Shown: positions 47,192 to 56,714 of the stretch, in pieces
Numbering within the stretch: the stretch's first letter is position 1
Layout of the letters: the number at the start of each line of letters is the position of its first letter
Source of the DNA: a candidate division WOR-3 bacterium
GTDB taxonomy: Bacteria > Hydrothermota > Tepidihabitantia > Tepidihabitantales > Tepidihabitantaceae
Assembly: GCA_965649225.1 (NCBI GenBank)
Contig: CBFGJX010000007.1
Location: forward strand, 41,923-105,922
Length of the DNA stretch: 64,000 nt
Direction of reading: 5' to 3'
The notes under the pieces: generated by a model
Told to the model about the DNA's origin: nothing
The model's database searches: none
What the model saw: only the letters and a program-made list of their open reading frames with translations
Program-made: the position numbers and the translations under genes

Positions 47192-49677
47192 CGCTGTTGT
47201 TCTCCTTGGTCCTGAGCAGGTGTTTCTGTCGTGGAGCCCTCAACCGCCAGGCCGGCGCCCAGCCGGCGGCGGCACAGGGCGATGTTCTGGCGGGAGCTTT
47301 CGACATACTCCGATTCCGGAAACGAATCGACAACCATCTGGAACCTTTCCAGACTGCGGCCATAGTCGCCGGCGTTGAACAGCGCCGTGGCGAGGTTGAA
47401 GGTGGCACCGGCACGCTGGGGGTGGTCCGGGTAATAGGCGAGGAATTTTTCGTAGGCCGCAGCCGCGTCGGGCCAGCGTTCCAGTGCCGAGTAGGATTCG
47501 GCGGTGAGCAGCTGGGCGTCCGGAGCGACCGCTGCGGTTGGGTAACCGACCACGGCTTTCTGGAGCTCGGTGATGGCCTCGATGTGTCGGCCGGCGTCGA
47601 ACAGGGCGCGGCCCTTGCGGTACTGACCTTCAGCGGCGAGTTCCGACTGCGGGAACCGGTGCAGAAACTCTTCCATCAGGGTCGAATCTTCCTGGCCGGC
47701 AAAGAACCAGCTCATTTCCAAGCTGCGGCGGACGCCGGGTACCTGTGGGTCCGAAGGGTAAAGGTCGAGGAATTTCTGATATTCGCGGATGGCGTCGGTG
47801 TACTGACGCCGGTTGTAGTAGCTCTGGGCAATGAGTGCCTGTGACGGGGCAGCGAAGTCCGACTGGGGATAACGTTCGATGACGAAGTTGAAACTGGCGG
47901 TGGCCTTGTCGTACTCCAGTGCCTTGAAATAGGTATCGCCGGTGCGGAATGCGGCTTCAGCCGCCTTGTCGTTGTTCTCGGGGAACTGGTTGACAAGCTT
48001 GGTCCAGGCATCGACCGCCTGACCGTAATACTTGAGCTGGTAGTAACAGTAGCCGGCCCAGAAGAGTCCGGGTATTGCCGCCAGCGGCTTGTCGGGGAAG
48101 GTATTGGCGAGGGCTTCAAAGACGTCGAGGGCCTTGAGGTATTCCTTGTTGTTGAAGAGCGCGTAGCCGTAACCGAGATAGGCGCTGATTGTGAAGATGG
48201 TGTCCTGAGTGCGGGCGGTGGTCAGTCCCTGAAAGCCCCGGGCTGCCTCATCGAGGCGGCCGAGATGGTACAGCGAGTAGCAGCGGCCAAGCCGGGCATA
48301 GGGGGCAACGTCAGAGGCGGCGCCGGCCAGCTGGGCAGCCTGCGAATAGTAGGCGTCAGCCTCGTTGTACTTGCGGTCGTAGTAGAGCCCCTCGGCGAGG
48401 AAATAGAGCGTGCGGGGACGCCAGCCCGAGCGGTCTTCGGGATAGTCGCGGATGTACTTGGCGCCGATTGCCACTGTCTGTGCCCAGCGACCGAGGGTAT
48501 TGAGTGAAAGCAGCAGCATCGCGCAGGCCGGTTCGCGCAGGCTGGTCGTCCCGTAATCCACGAGAACGCGCTCGAACTGCTCGGCGGCGCGGCTGTAGTC
48601 GCCGACCTGGTAGAAGACAACGCCAGACAGATAGTTGCCAACACCGGACAACTCGCCGGTGCGAAACATCGTTGCCAGCTGCGAGGTTGCAAGCAGGGTC
48701 TGGGCGGTGTCGGCGGTTGCCAGCATCGCCTGGGCAAGCTGGAGATTGGCGTAGGTGGCGACCTTGGTGCGGGGGAAGTTGGCCCGGACGCGCTGAAACC
48801 GTTCGACTGCCGACTGCGGCTTGCCGAGGGCGAGGTCGGCCGAGCCGATGAAATAGTTGGCGTGCGCCGCAATCAGATTGTTGGAATGACGAGTCAGCGG
48901 CATCAGTCGGGCGACGGCTTCCGGATACTGTCGTTGGGCCAGCAGGGCACAGCCGAGGAAATAGGTCGCGTAGTCGGCCAGCGGTGATTGCGGAAACTGC
49001 TCGATGAAAACCGCAAACTTCGCCCGGGCGCCGTCGAAATCGCGGTTCTCGAAAAGCGCCATTCCGGCGGCGAAATGTGCCAGCGTTGCCAACGGTGTAT
49101 TGGGGACCTCGTCGGCGATTTCCTTGAACTTGATCAGGGCCGGCAGTGGTTTGCCGGTCCGGGCATAGGCTTTGGCCAGATAGAAACGGGCTTCGGGCAG
49201 TGTCAGACCTTCGAGCCGGGCGATGGCCTGGTCGAATTCACCCTGAAAGTAGTGCAGGACCCCGGCGGCAAAGGCAACCCGGCTGTCGCGGTCGTAGCCA
49301 GGCTCACGGGCAAGTTTTTCCAGAGTAGTTCGGGCCCGCGCATAGTTGCCGGACATCATTCCGCACAGCGCAAGGCCATACATTGCCTCGGGTCGGATGT
49401 AGCTGTAGCGCGGCCGGTCACTCAGGGCAGCAAAGATGTCACCGGCGCGCGTGTACTGGCCGAGATTGAAATAGGCCTCGGCGAGCGCGAAGCGTAGTTC
49501 GTCGCCAAACTCGCTGGACCCAAAGTCGCGTACCAGACCGTTGAAACGGGCAGCGGCCTGAGCGTAGTCGCCGGCAGCGACCGCCGCCTGTGCCGCGTTG
49601 TAACGTTCTACCAGCACCCGGGACTGGTCGGGCGAGAGCGCTCCTGAAATCAGGTTGAGTATCAGCAGGGCTGTCAT
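47188..49677 (-). CDS. Large exported TPR-repeat protein (BamD/CpoB-like repeats)
   Basis: Many A...F..L...(F/Y)P.S.....A.(Y/F) repeats over ~800 aa; N-terminal hydrophobic signal. Confidence 0.9.
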   Translation of the reverse strand: MTALLILNLISGALSPDQSRVLVERYNAAQAAVAAGDYAQAAARFNGLVRDFGSSEFGDELRFALAEAYFNLGQYTRAGDIFAALSDRPRYSYIRPEAMYGLALCGMMSGNYARARTTLEKLAREPGYDRDSRVAFAAGVLHYFQGEFDQAIARLEGLTLPEARFYLAKAYARTGKPLPALIKFKEIADEVPNTPLATLAHFAAGMALFENRDFDGARAKFAVFIEQFPQSPLADYATYFLGCALLAQRQYPEAVARLMPLTRHSNNLIAAHANYFIGSADLALGKPQSAVERFQRVRANFPRTKVATYANLQLAQAMLATADTAQTLLATSQLATMFRTGELSGVGNYLSGVVFYQVGDYSRAAEQFERVLVDYGTTSLREPACAMLLLSLNTLGRWAQTVAIGAKYIRDYPEDRSGWRPRTLYFLAEGLYYDRKYNEADAYYSQAAQLAGAASDVAPYARLGRCYSLYHLGRLDEAARGFQGLTTARTQDTIFTISAYLGYGYALFNNKEYLKALDVFEALANTFPDKPLAAIPGLFWAGYCYYQLKYYGQAVDAWTKLVNQFPENNDKAAEAAFRTGDTYFKALEYDKATASFNFVIERYPQSDFAAPSQALIAQSYYNRRQYTDAIREYQKFLDLYPSDPQVPGVRRSLEMSWFFAGQEDSTLMEEFLHRFPQSELAAEGQYRKGRALFDAGRHIEAITELQKAVVGYPTAAVAPDAQLLTAESYSALERWPDAAAAYEKFLAYYPDHPQRAGATFNLATALFNAGDYGRSLERFQMVVDSFPESEYVESSRQNIALCRRRLGAGLAVEGSTTETPAQDQGEQQR

Positions 49678-49689
49678 CGTCGGTCTGGC

Positions 49690-50970
49690 TCAGCGACCTG
49701 GTTTGACTTCGATGCGGCCACGCGGACCGCGGGTGCGCACCTGGGTGAGCGTTCCGCTGAAGCGGAGGGTTGAGTTTCGGCGGTCAATGACAACGATTTC
49801 GTAGTCGTAGCGACCATCGGCGACGAGCCGGCCGGCGTCGTCGAGTCCGTCCCAGGTCAGTCGCAGCGGGGGTGCATCCCAGCCGCTGTAAGAGCGGACT
49901 ACTTCGCCGTAGGCGTTCTTTATCAGCAGCTGCCACCGTTTGGGCTGGCCACGTGACTGGAGCCGTACATCCATCCAGAGGACGTTGTCAGGTTCATCAG
50001 GAGTTGGCGAGAAGCGGTCGGGCTGGGCATCAACCCAGACCCGAAAACCGGCAAAGCTGGCAAATACTCCCAGTTTGTGCGTTGGCGGCAGGCGGTAGCG
50101 GGAGTGGTGGTGGAGCAGAAGAGCGTAGTCGACTCCCAGGCCCATTTTGCCCCAGTGCTTCTGGAGACCGAGCCCGAGGCTGATTTCATTGGGGTCAAAG
50201 CCGGCGCGGGAAACAAGCAACCGCGGAACGAGTTCCAGCTCAACGCCACCGCGGGGGGTGAAGTCGCGCCGGGAGCTGGTCAGGAAGTCGGTGCAGTTCA
50301 GGTCGAACGTTGCCCGCAGCCGGTCCGAAATCAGCCGGACCGCCGCGCCTGCCCGCAGGGCAGTGGGATATATTTCGGGAATCGTTGCCAGCGTCATGCG
50401 TGGCTGGACGGCGTTCTGCCAGACCAGACCGAAGGAAAACGGGCCGAGGTTACGGGTCAGCACACCGATGTCGGCCCCGAATCCGGCACCGGAGTACTGA
50501 GCGAGATTCTTGGCGATGATTTTGAGCGACGCGCCCAGTCCCAGCCAGTGCAGCGGATTGTAACCGTAGGCCACGGAGTAGGCGTTTTCGGAAAAAATGT
50601 AACCGGAGTAACGGTTGTTGCCCGGTGTGCGGGAGTCGTTGCCTTCAGCGCCGTAGTTGACAATGGTCAGACTGACGGTGCCGTATTCGCGCGTGGGCAG
50701 GGCATAACCGATGTATTCCATCCGGGCGCCGCCATAGAGCTCGGAGTGGGCGGCGATGACTTCCTGAGCGTTGAGCTGAAACAGCCCTGCCGGGTTGAAG
50801 TAGCCGGCTTGGGCGTCATCGGCAATGGCGGTGAATGCTTTGCCCATGGCCAGACTGCGTGGAGCGGGTCCGTACGACAGGAAAGCGCCGGCGAGTCCCC
50901 CTTCAATGGCGACTCCGGTCGAGGTGATCAGCAGCGAAAAGAGCAGGACAGCACGGCGGAAGCAGGTCAC
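49690..50970 (-). CDS. PorV/PorQ-like beta-barrel fused to a C-terminal FlgD-like Ig domain
   Basis: GAFLSYGPAPRSLAMGKAFTAIADDAQAGYFNPAGL; barrel ends THKLGVFASF; then FSP...WQLLIKNAYGEVVR...WDGLDDAGRLVADGRY. Confidence 0.8.
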   Translation of the reverse strand: MTCFRRAVLLFSLLITSTGVAIEGGLAGAFLSYGPAPRSLAMGKAFTAIADDAQAGYFNPAGLFQLNAQEVIAAHSELYGGARMEYIGYALPTREYGTVSLTIVNYGAEGNDSRTPGNNRYSGYIFSENAYSVAYGYNPLHWLGLGASLKIIAKNLAQYSGAGFGADIGVLTRNLGPFSFGLVWQNAVQPRMTLATIPEIYPTALRAGAAVRLISDRLRATFDLNCTDFLTSSRRDFTPRGGVELELVPRLLVSRAGFDPNEISLGLGLQKHWGKMGLGVDYALLLHHHSRYRLPPTHKLGVFASFAGFRVWVDAQPDRFSPTPDEPDNVLWMDVRLQSRGQPKRWQLLIKNAYGEVVRSYSGWDAPPLRLTWDGLDDAGRLVADGRYDYEIVVIDRRNSTLRFSGTLTQVRTRGPRGRIEVKPGR

Positions 50971-52640
50971 CAGAGCACTCCGATGCGGTATGTCTGATTG
51001 AATGTCGTGCCGGTGTGGATTTCGCCGACGACGGTGAGGACGTAGATGCCGTTGGCAACGCGGTGGCCCTGGCGGTTGCGACCGTCCCAGTAGATGCGGT
51101 TCAGACCAAGCTGAGCACCGGTTTCGCCCTGACGGAACCGCCAGGTAATGACCTCGTTGCCGAACGGGTCATGAATCGACACCCGCATTGGACTGGACTG
51201 CGGAAGGTAGTAGCAGATTTCACAGGCATCACGATTGAATCCAAACGGGTTGGGAAAGGCGATGACCTCACCACGGCGAATCGCGCTGTCGGGCAGGTCA
51301 ATGTAGATGCCAATGGTGGTGTCGGCGTTGCCGGACCAGATCCGGATTGAGTCGTGCTCGGCGAACATCGCGGCGGTGCAGAAGAACCGGGCAGTGGCGA
51401 TACCGACTGTGTCGGTCAGCAGCGCGGGTTCTTCGAATTGCCCGCTGCCGGTCGTGACGGCGCAACGGACCAGCGCCTGTTTGACCGGCTGAGCGTTGGC
51501 ATCGCGCAGCTGGATGCGGATGTATGCGGTTTCCCCAGCACGGATCGTGTCAGGCTTGCTTATCGTGAATGTGGCCGCAAGGCTGCGGACTTCGACAAAG
51601 GTCCGGTATGACGCCCGTGCGCTGGCATCATAGGCCCAGATGCTTTGGCTGGAACCGGTGGTTTGAAACTGAACGGAGAACCCGACGCTGTCGAACAGGG
51701 GAGCGGCAAGTGGGTCGGAGCGGAAGTTGAAGTCGGAGCCGAGCATGACGTTGGCCCCGGACGCCGGAACCGGATTCCAGCAGCGGTCAGTCGCGTACAC
51801 GGTCACCGGGAAAGATTGAAGCAGGTACTGAGGCAGCGGTCGGCCGGATTTGCCGGGCGTTTCCCATACTGCCGCGGCGTTGTCACCGGGCAGCAGGGTT
51901 TCACCGGGAACAACGAGCAACAATTTCTCGAACGGGCCGGCGACAACATCTATCGACGAGGAAGTGTCGGCGTGAACCGAACTGTCGTTGAGACAGCGGC
52001 TGATTATCCGGCGCAGTCCGGCAGTCCGCAGACTAACCGCAAGGCTGCGGTGGCCGGATGACAAGGTTTCCGGCAGTGGCAGAACGGCAAAGCGATCGGT
52101 TGATGTCAGCTGGATTGTGTCTCCGCTGCGCGTGACCGGATTGGCCCAGCGATCAGTCAGGTACACCTGCAGGGGGAAGGTGTCACCCGCAGTGCGCGGG
52201 TAGGCGCGGCCGATTCGTCTTTCTGTGGTTCCGGGCGCGAGCTGTTCGCCGGGCAGGATGGTCACCAGCCGAGCAGGCCGGCCGGGCTGAACCGCGAACT
52301 GATTGCTCAGTCCTGATGCCGAGTCGGTGAAACAGCGCAGGCGAGTCGTTTCGGCAAGGGTGACGATCAGACTGCGCATGCAGACACCGTTCTGGAACTG
52401 CACGATGTTCGGGTTGACGTAGGGGCCGCGCAACGTGCTGAGCAGGGCACTGCCGTTATAGGGGTAGGGCTGGCCCGAGCTGTCACGGGCGATAATGGTT
52501 ACCGGGAAGGAATCGCCGGCTGTAACCGGCGAGGCTATCGTCTGGAAGGAAAATGATGCCGGCCCGGTCACGGGGGCCGGTGCACCAGCCAGAAGCTGGC
52601 TGGCAATAAGTAAACCCAGAGTCGTGCTGATCGATGCCAA
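50967..52640 (-). CDS. Secreted Ig-repeat protein with FlgD/T9SS-like C-terminal domain
   Basis: Repeated AGD(S/T)FP.....TDR..NP Ig units; AFPNPF...IHDPFGNEV...WDGRNRQGHRVANGIY. Start ~52640, downstream of TTGACA-N17-TATACT (52687-52659). Confidence 0.75.
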   Translation of the reverse strand: MASISTTLGLLIASQLLAGAPAPVTGPASFSFQTIASPVTAGDSFPVTIIARDSSGQPYPYNGSALLSTLRGPYVNPNIVQFQNGVCMRSLIVTLAETTRLRCFTDSASGLSNQFAVQPGRPARLVTILPGEQLAPGTTERRIGRAYPRTAGDTFPLQVYLTDRWANPVTRSGDTIQLTSTDRFAVLPLPETLSSGHRSLAVSLRTAGLRRIISRCLNDSSVHADTSSSIDVVAGPFEKLLLVVPGETLLPGDNAAAVWETPGKSGRPLPQYLLQSFPVTVYATDRCWNPVPASGANVMLGSDFNFRSDPLAAPLFDSVGFSVQFQTTGSSQSIWAYDASARASYRTFVEVRSLAATFTISKPDTIRAGETAYIRIQLRDANAQPVKQALVRCAVTTGSGQFEEPALLTDTVGIATARFFCTAAMFAEHDSIRIWSGNADTTIGIYIDLPDSAIRRGEVIAFPNPFGFNRDACEICYYLPQSSPMRVSIHDPFGNEVITWRFRQGETGAQLGLNRIYWDGRNRQGHRVANGIYVLTVVGEIHTGTTFNQTYRIGVLW

Positions 52641-52725
52641 GCTCGAAGCTCTCAAGTGAGTATACACGTGGCCGGGTCTGCTGTCAAACAGTCTCTGGCC
52701 ATGGTTGCGCCGGGAGTCGTGGCGT

Positions 52726-53208
52726 CTACAGTTTGTAGCCAATCCGGCGCAGAAACTGCTGTCGTTCAGTTTTGTCGGCTGCCGTCTCGACACCTTTGGG
52801 CGGGTTGCCGTCAATGACACCGAGTATGCCCCGACCGGCGGTGCCCTCCGCGACGATGACTTCGAGCGGGTTGGCCGTAGCACAGAATACCGTGCACACC
52901 TCGGGGATGTCCTTCAGTCGGGGCAGGATATTGATCGGGTAACAGTTGCGCAGCAAGAGCACGAAGGAATGACCGGCCCCGATAGCCTTGGCACTGGCAA
53001 TCGCCAGTTCTTCAAGTTCCGGGTCGTTGCCCGAGTAGCGAATTAGACAGGGACCGGATGCTTCACAGAAGGCGATTCCGAAACGGGCGCCGGGAACAGT
53101 GCCCGCCAGCAGTTCGTGAATGTCTTCAACAGTTTTGATAAAATGTGCCTGACCGATGATGACGTTGGCGTCATCAGGGCAGCGAATGGGAACTGTCGTG
53201 AGTTCCAT
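52726..53208 (-). CDS. DUF355 / adenosine-specific kinase family protein
   Basis: NVIIGQAHFIKTVED, FGIAFCEASG, AGHSF, FCATANP, GRGILGVIDG, FLRRIGYKL. Confidence 0.9.
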   Translation of the reverse strand: MELTTVPIRCPDDANVIIGQAHFIKTVEDIHELLAGTVPGARFGIAFCEASGPCLIRYSGNDPELEELAIASAKAIGAGHSFVLLLRNCYPINILPRLKDIPEVCTVFCATANPLEVIVAEGTAGRGILGVIDGNPPKGVETAADKTERQQFLRRIGYKL

Positions 53209-53209
53209 A

Positions 53210-54649
53210 CTACCTCGTTATCGTCAGTTTGCCGGCTTCGCTGTAGCCAGACGTGGCGACCACGTAGAGGTAAGTTCCCGCCGGCTGCAGCTGCCCGGCT
53301 TCATTCTTGCCATCCCAGACCGCCTGCAGTCGCCCGTTGACCTGTTTGTCGGCAGCTATGGTGCGGACCAGTTCTCCGTTGGAACTGTAGATTCGCACTT
53401 CCGGCCTGCCCGCTGCGATTCCACTGATGTAGAACAGAGCAGTGCGGCCGCTGGGATTGGGGCTGACAGTCACGCGCGGCGCCGAGCCTGGGGCGCCGGT
53501 CTCCGACACCGGCGTGCCGCCGGCGACAAAGGAAATCATCGTACTTTCGGGTGAGCACACCGGCCAGGTTGTCCAGAAGTCAATTCGGTTGGCGACCGAG
53601 AAGCTGTCCTTCGCCCAGACAAAGTAATCGATGCGGCTGTTGTTGGCTACGGCCGGGATTGTAAAGTAGCTGCGGCCGCCAACAACCGAGTCGGGGCCGG
53701 TGCCGCGCCACGGGCCACGGTCAAGACGCCAGAACAGACTTTCCGCGCCGACGGCGACATCATCGCTGATTGACGACCAGACCGCAAAGGGCCCAAGGTA
53801 GGAAGTATCAGGCCAGACCCGCGTGTCGGCAAATGTTGGGGGTATCAGGTCCCAGCCTGGAATGGTGCAGGATGACAACTTCATCATCGTCTCAACGTTG
53901 ATGAAGTCGGAAGAGGCGCCGTTCTGGCTCATGGCTGCCGCCACGCCGTTGGCGCCGGCGAAGTGGCCCGGTACCAGCCATTCGTATATCCAGCGACGGT
54001 CGTTGGTGCCGAGGTTGTCGGAGTAGACCATGTAGTCCCGTACGACAAGGCAGGGCCAGAAGTAGTCGCCGGACATCGGTATTCGCACCTTGCCGCGTGC
54101 GACAATGCGCTTGGTGTGTTGTTCAGTGGCTTGATAGGGTATCCCGGGCAGCAGTTCGTACTGCCACGATGTTGCGCTTATCCAGCCGGCGCCGCGGTAA
54201 ATCGGCGTGACATAAACCGGTGCGTCGGGCTGGTAGTTGCCGATGAAACGGTAGGTTGACTGAGTGAAATCGATGCCGTCGGTGTACAGCCCGAAGGAGT
54301 CATTGTAGAGGTATATCCACTGTGTCGAGCCATTGCCCAGGGTGTCCATTTCGACTGTCGACGGCGAAGGTGGGTCAACCGCCATGGATTCGGGCGCCGG
54401 GGGGCGTCCTTCCGATGCTGGACGCAGCCCGACACGCGCCCACTGGCCGCCGGGGTAGCGAGTAAGGTCCCAGACCTGTCGGGTGGAATCGAACGGCTCC
54501 CACATGAACAGGGCCTGGTTCTGCTGGTAACGGGCGTAGGTCCCGACTGTCAGCGGAATTTCATGACTTTCGATGCTGACGTTCTGGGCGGGCGCGACCG
54601 AAAGCAGGGCCGAGAATGCAATCAGAAGAAGGACACGCTGTCTCATCAT
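53210..54649 (-). CDS. Secreted protein with FlgD/T9SS-like C-terminal domain
   Basis: Signal peptide MMRQRVLLLIAFSALLSVAPA after GGAGGT; C-terminus VSPNP..IYSSNGELVR...WDGKNEAG...AGTYLY...KLTITR. Confidence 0.78.
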   Translation of the reverse strand: MMRQRVLLLIAFSALLSVAPAQNVSIESHEIPLTVGTYARYQQNQALFMWEPFDSTRQVWDLTRYPGGQWARVGLRPASEGRPPAPESMAVDPPSPSTVEMDTLGNGSTQWIYLYNDSFGLYTDGIDFTQSTYRFIGNYQPDAPVYVTPIYRGAGWISATSWQYELLPGIPYQATEQHTKRIVARGKVRIPMSGDYFWPCLVVRDYMVYSDNLGTNDRRWIYEWLVPGHFAGANGVAAAMSQNGASSDFINVETMMKLSSCTIPGWDLIPPTFADTRVWPDTSYLGPFAVWSSISDDVAVGAESLFWRLDRGPWRGTGPDSVVGGRSYFTIPAVANNSRIDYFVWAKDSFSVANRIDFWTTWPVCSPESTMISFVAGGTPVSETGAPGSAPRVTVSPNPSGRTALFYISGIAAGRPEVRIYSSNGELVRTIAADKQVNGRLQAVWDGKNEAGQLQPAGTYLYVVATSGYSEAGKLTITR

Positions 54650-54766
54650 GGCGCATTGACCTCCATGCACGGTGCGAGATTTTATGGCTGACGCAGGGGC
54701 AGTCAAGGCTGCCGGTACTGGCTGCCGGTCTTGACTTGGCAGTTGCTTTCTCATATCTATCCGGAC

Positions 54767-55651
54767 GTGACCTATTTCCTGCAGCAGCTGGTCAATGGCC
54801 TGCAGCTTGGCTTTGTTTACGCCCTCATTGCACTCGGTTACACGATGGTCTATGGCATCGTGCGGCTGATTAACTTTGCCCACGGTGATGTCTTCATGGT
54901 CGGGGCGTATTTCGGATTTTTCGCGCTGACGGCGGGAAAACTGCCTTGGCCGGTTGCACTTGTGACGGCGATGATTGGCTGCGGATTACTGGGAATGCTG
55001 ATCGAACGCGTCGCCTACCGCCCGTTGCGCCGCGCCCCGCGCATTTCGGCCCTGATCACGGCGATGGGGGTGTCGCTGTTTCTGGAACACTTCTGCAGCC
55101 TGCGGCCGATCTTCGGCCCTGACTTCCGGGCATTTCCGAGGCCGTTTGCCGTAAGATGCTACAACGTTGCGGGCGTTACCGTTTCCAGCATTCAGGTGGC
55201 TGTAGTCCTCACGGCGCTGTTGTTGATGCTGGTGCTTTACTGGTTCGTCAACCGGACACGGCTCGGGCTGGCGATGAGGGCGGTTTCTTTTGACCACGAC
55301 ACTGCCCGCCTGATGGGCATCGATGTCGACCGCATCATTGCTTTCACTTTTGGTGTCGGGTCGGCGCTGGCCGGCGCGGGTGGCGTGCTCTATGGTATTG
55401 CCTACCCGCAACTGAATCCGTTCATGGGGGTGATGCCGGGCCTGAAGGCCTTCGTCGCCGCTGTGCTTGGGGGCATTGGGGTGATTCCCGGCGCAATGCT
55501 TGGGTCGTTGATCATGGGTGTGGCCGAGACGTTGACGTCAGCTTATGTTTCTTCGACATTCCGGGATGCAGTTGCCTTTGGTGTCCTGATTGCGGTACTG
55601 CTGGTTCGTCCGTCCGGTCTCCTTGGTCGCTCAACCAGTGAAAAGGTCTAG
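54767..55651 (+). CDS. livH: Branched-chain amino-acid ABC transporter permease
   Basis: QQLVNGL.LG..YALIALGYTMVYG....INFAHG; GLKAFVAAVLGGIG; RPSGLLG. Confidence 0.95.
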   Translation: MTYFLQQLVNGLQLGFVYALIALGYTMVYGIVRLINFAHGDVFMVGAYFGFFALTAGKLPWPVALVTAMIGCGLLGMLIERVAYRPLRRAPRISALITAMGVSLFLEHFCSLRPIFGPDFRAFPRPFAVRCYNVAGVTVSSIQVAVVLTALLLMLVLYWFVNRTRLGLAMRAVSFDHDTARLMGIDVDRIIAFTFGVGSALAGAGGVLYGIAYPQLNPFMGVMPGLKAFVAAVLGGIGVIPGAMLGSLIMGVAETLTSAYVSSTFRDAVAFGVLIAVLLVRPSGLLGRSTSEKV

Positions 55652-56714
55652 CGGGAAAGCGGTAGTTCTAAGCGGCGACGCGGCGGGGAGGCCGTCGGCT
55701 ACGGGCTTCTCGCCCTGGAGCGGGAAAATTGCGCTGATTGGTGCTGCCGTTCTGATACTTCTGCTTAAACTGATGACAGCCGCCGGTGTGCTGAATCCGT
55801 ACTGGCAACAGGTTGTTGCGCTGGCCGGAATAACCACTATATCAGCACTGGGGCTCAATTTGATCTATGGTTATACCGGTCAGTTTTCGCTCGGCCATGC
55901 GGCCTTCTACGGTATTGGCGCGTACACATCGGCACTGGTTACCCGGAATCTTGTCTTGCCCGGCCCGGTGGCACTGGTTGCAGGATTGCTTGCCGGAGGC
56001 GTGCTGGCCAGTTTGGTGGCGTTTGTTGTCGGTTCGCCGATACTGCGGCTGAAATCCGACTATCTCGGCATTGCGACTCTTGGCTTCGGCATCATCGTCA
56101 AAGTTATCTTCGACAACGCCGACCGGGTAGTGCCAGCCATGGGTGGTGCGCGGGGGATGAGTGGTATTGCCCGTTTGACAACGGTCACAGCGGCCCTGTT
56201 TGCGGCTGTGGCGGCGCTGGTCGTCCTGCGCAATATCGTTTACTCCGGTATCGGTCGAGCACTGGCATCGATTCGCGAAGACGAACTGGCCGCCGAGACC
56301 GTCGGGATTGACAGCGCCCGTTACAAAACGCTTGGTTTTGTCGTCGGATGCTGCTTCGCGGGAGTAGCGGGGGGACTTTACGCCCATCTTTACACGTTTT
56401 TGCATCCCTCGAACTTCGACTTCCTGAAATCGATTGACGTGCTACTGGTGGTTGTTCTTGGTGGGCTCGGTAGCATGTCCGGTACCTTGATTGCGGCCTT
56501 GGGTTGGACTTTTCTGCTCGAAGGGCTCAGAGTAGTCTTGCCATCGTCGGTTCAGGATTTGCGCTGGGTGATTTATCCGTTGCTGCTTGTCATTTTCATG
56601 CTTGTCCGACCGGGGGGGATTTTTGCCGGGACCGAGCTGCCGTTTCTGCGCCCGGTGCTGCCGGCGCGGACGGGCCGTAATGATGGACAGAACAGTGACA
56701 AACCCACTGCTTGA
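55638..56714 (+). CDS. livM: Branched-chain amino-acid ABC transporter permease
   Basis: LGLNLIYGYTGQFSLGHAAF.GIGAY; RLKSDYLGIATLGF; SIREDELAA; VVLGGLGS. Start approximate. Confidence 0.93.
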   Translation: MKRSSGKAVVLSGDAAGRPSATGFSPWSGKIALIGAAVLILLLKLMTAAGVLNPYWQQVVALAGITTISALGLNLIYGYTGQFSLGHAAFYGIGAYTSALVTRNLVLPGPVALVAGLLAGGVLASLVAFVVGSPILRLKSDYLGIATLGFGIIVKVIFDNADRVVPAMGGARGMSGIARLTTVTAALFAAVAALVVLRNIVYSGIGRALASIREDELAAETVGIDSARYKTLGFVVGCCFAGVAGGLYAHLYTFLHPSNFDFLKSIDVLLVVVLGGLGSMSGTLIAALGWTFLLEGLRVVLPSSVQDLRWVIYPLLLVIFMLVRPGGIFAGTELPFLRPVLPARTGRNDGQNSDKPTA

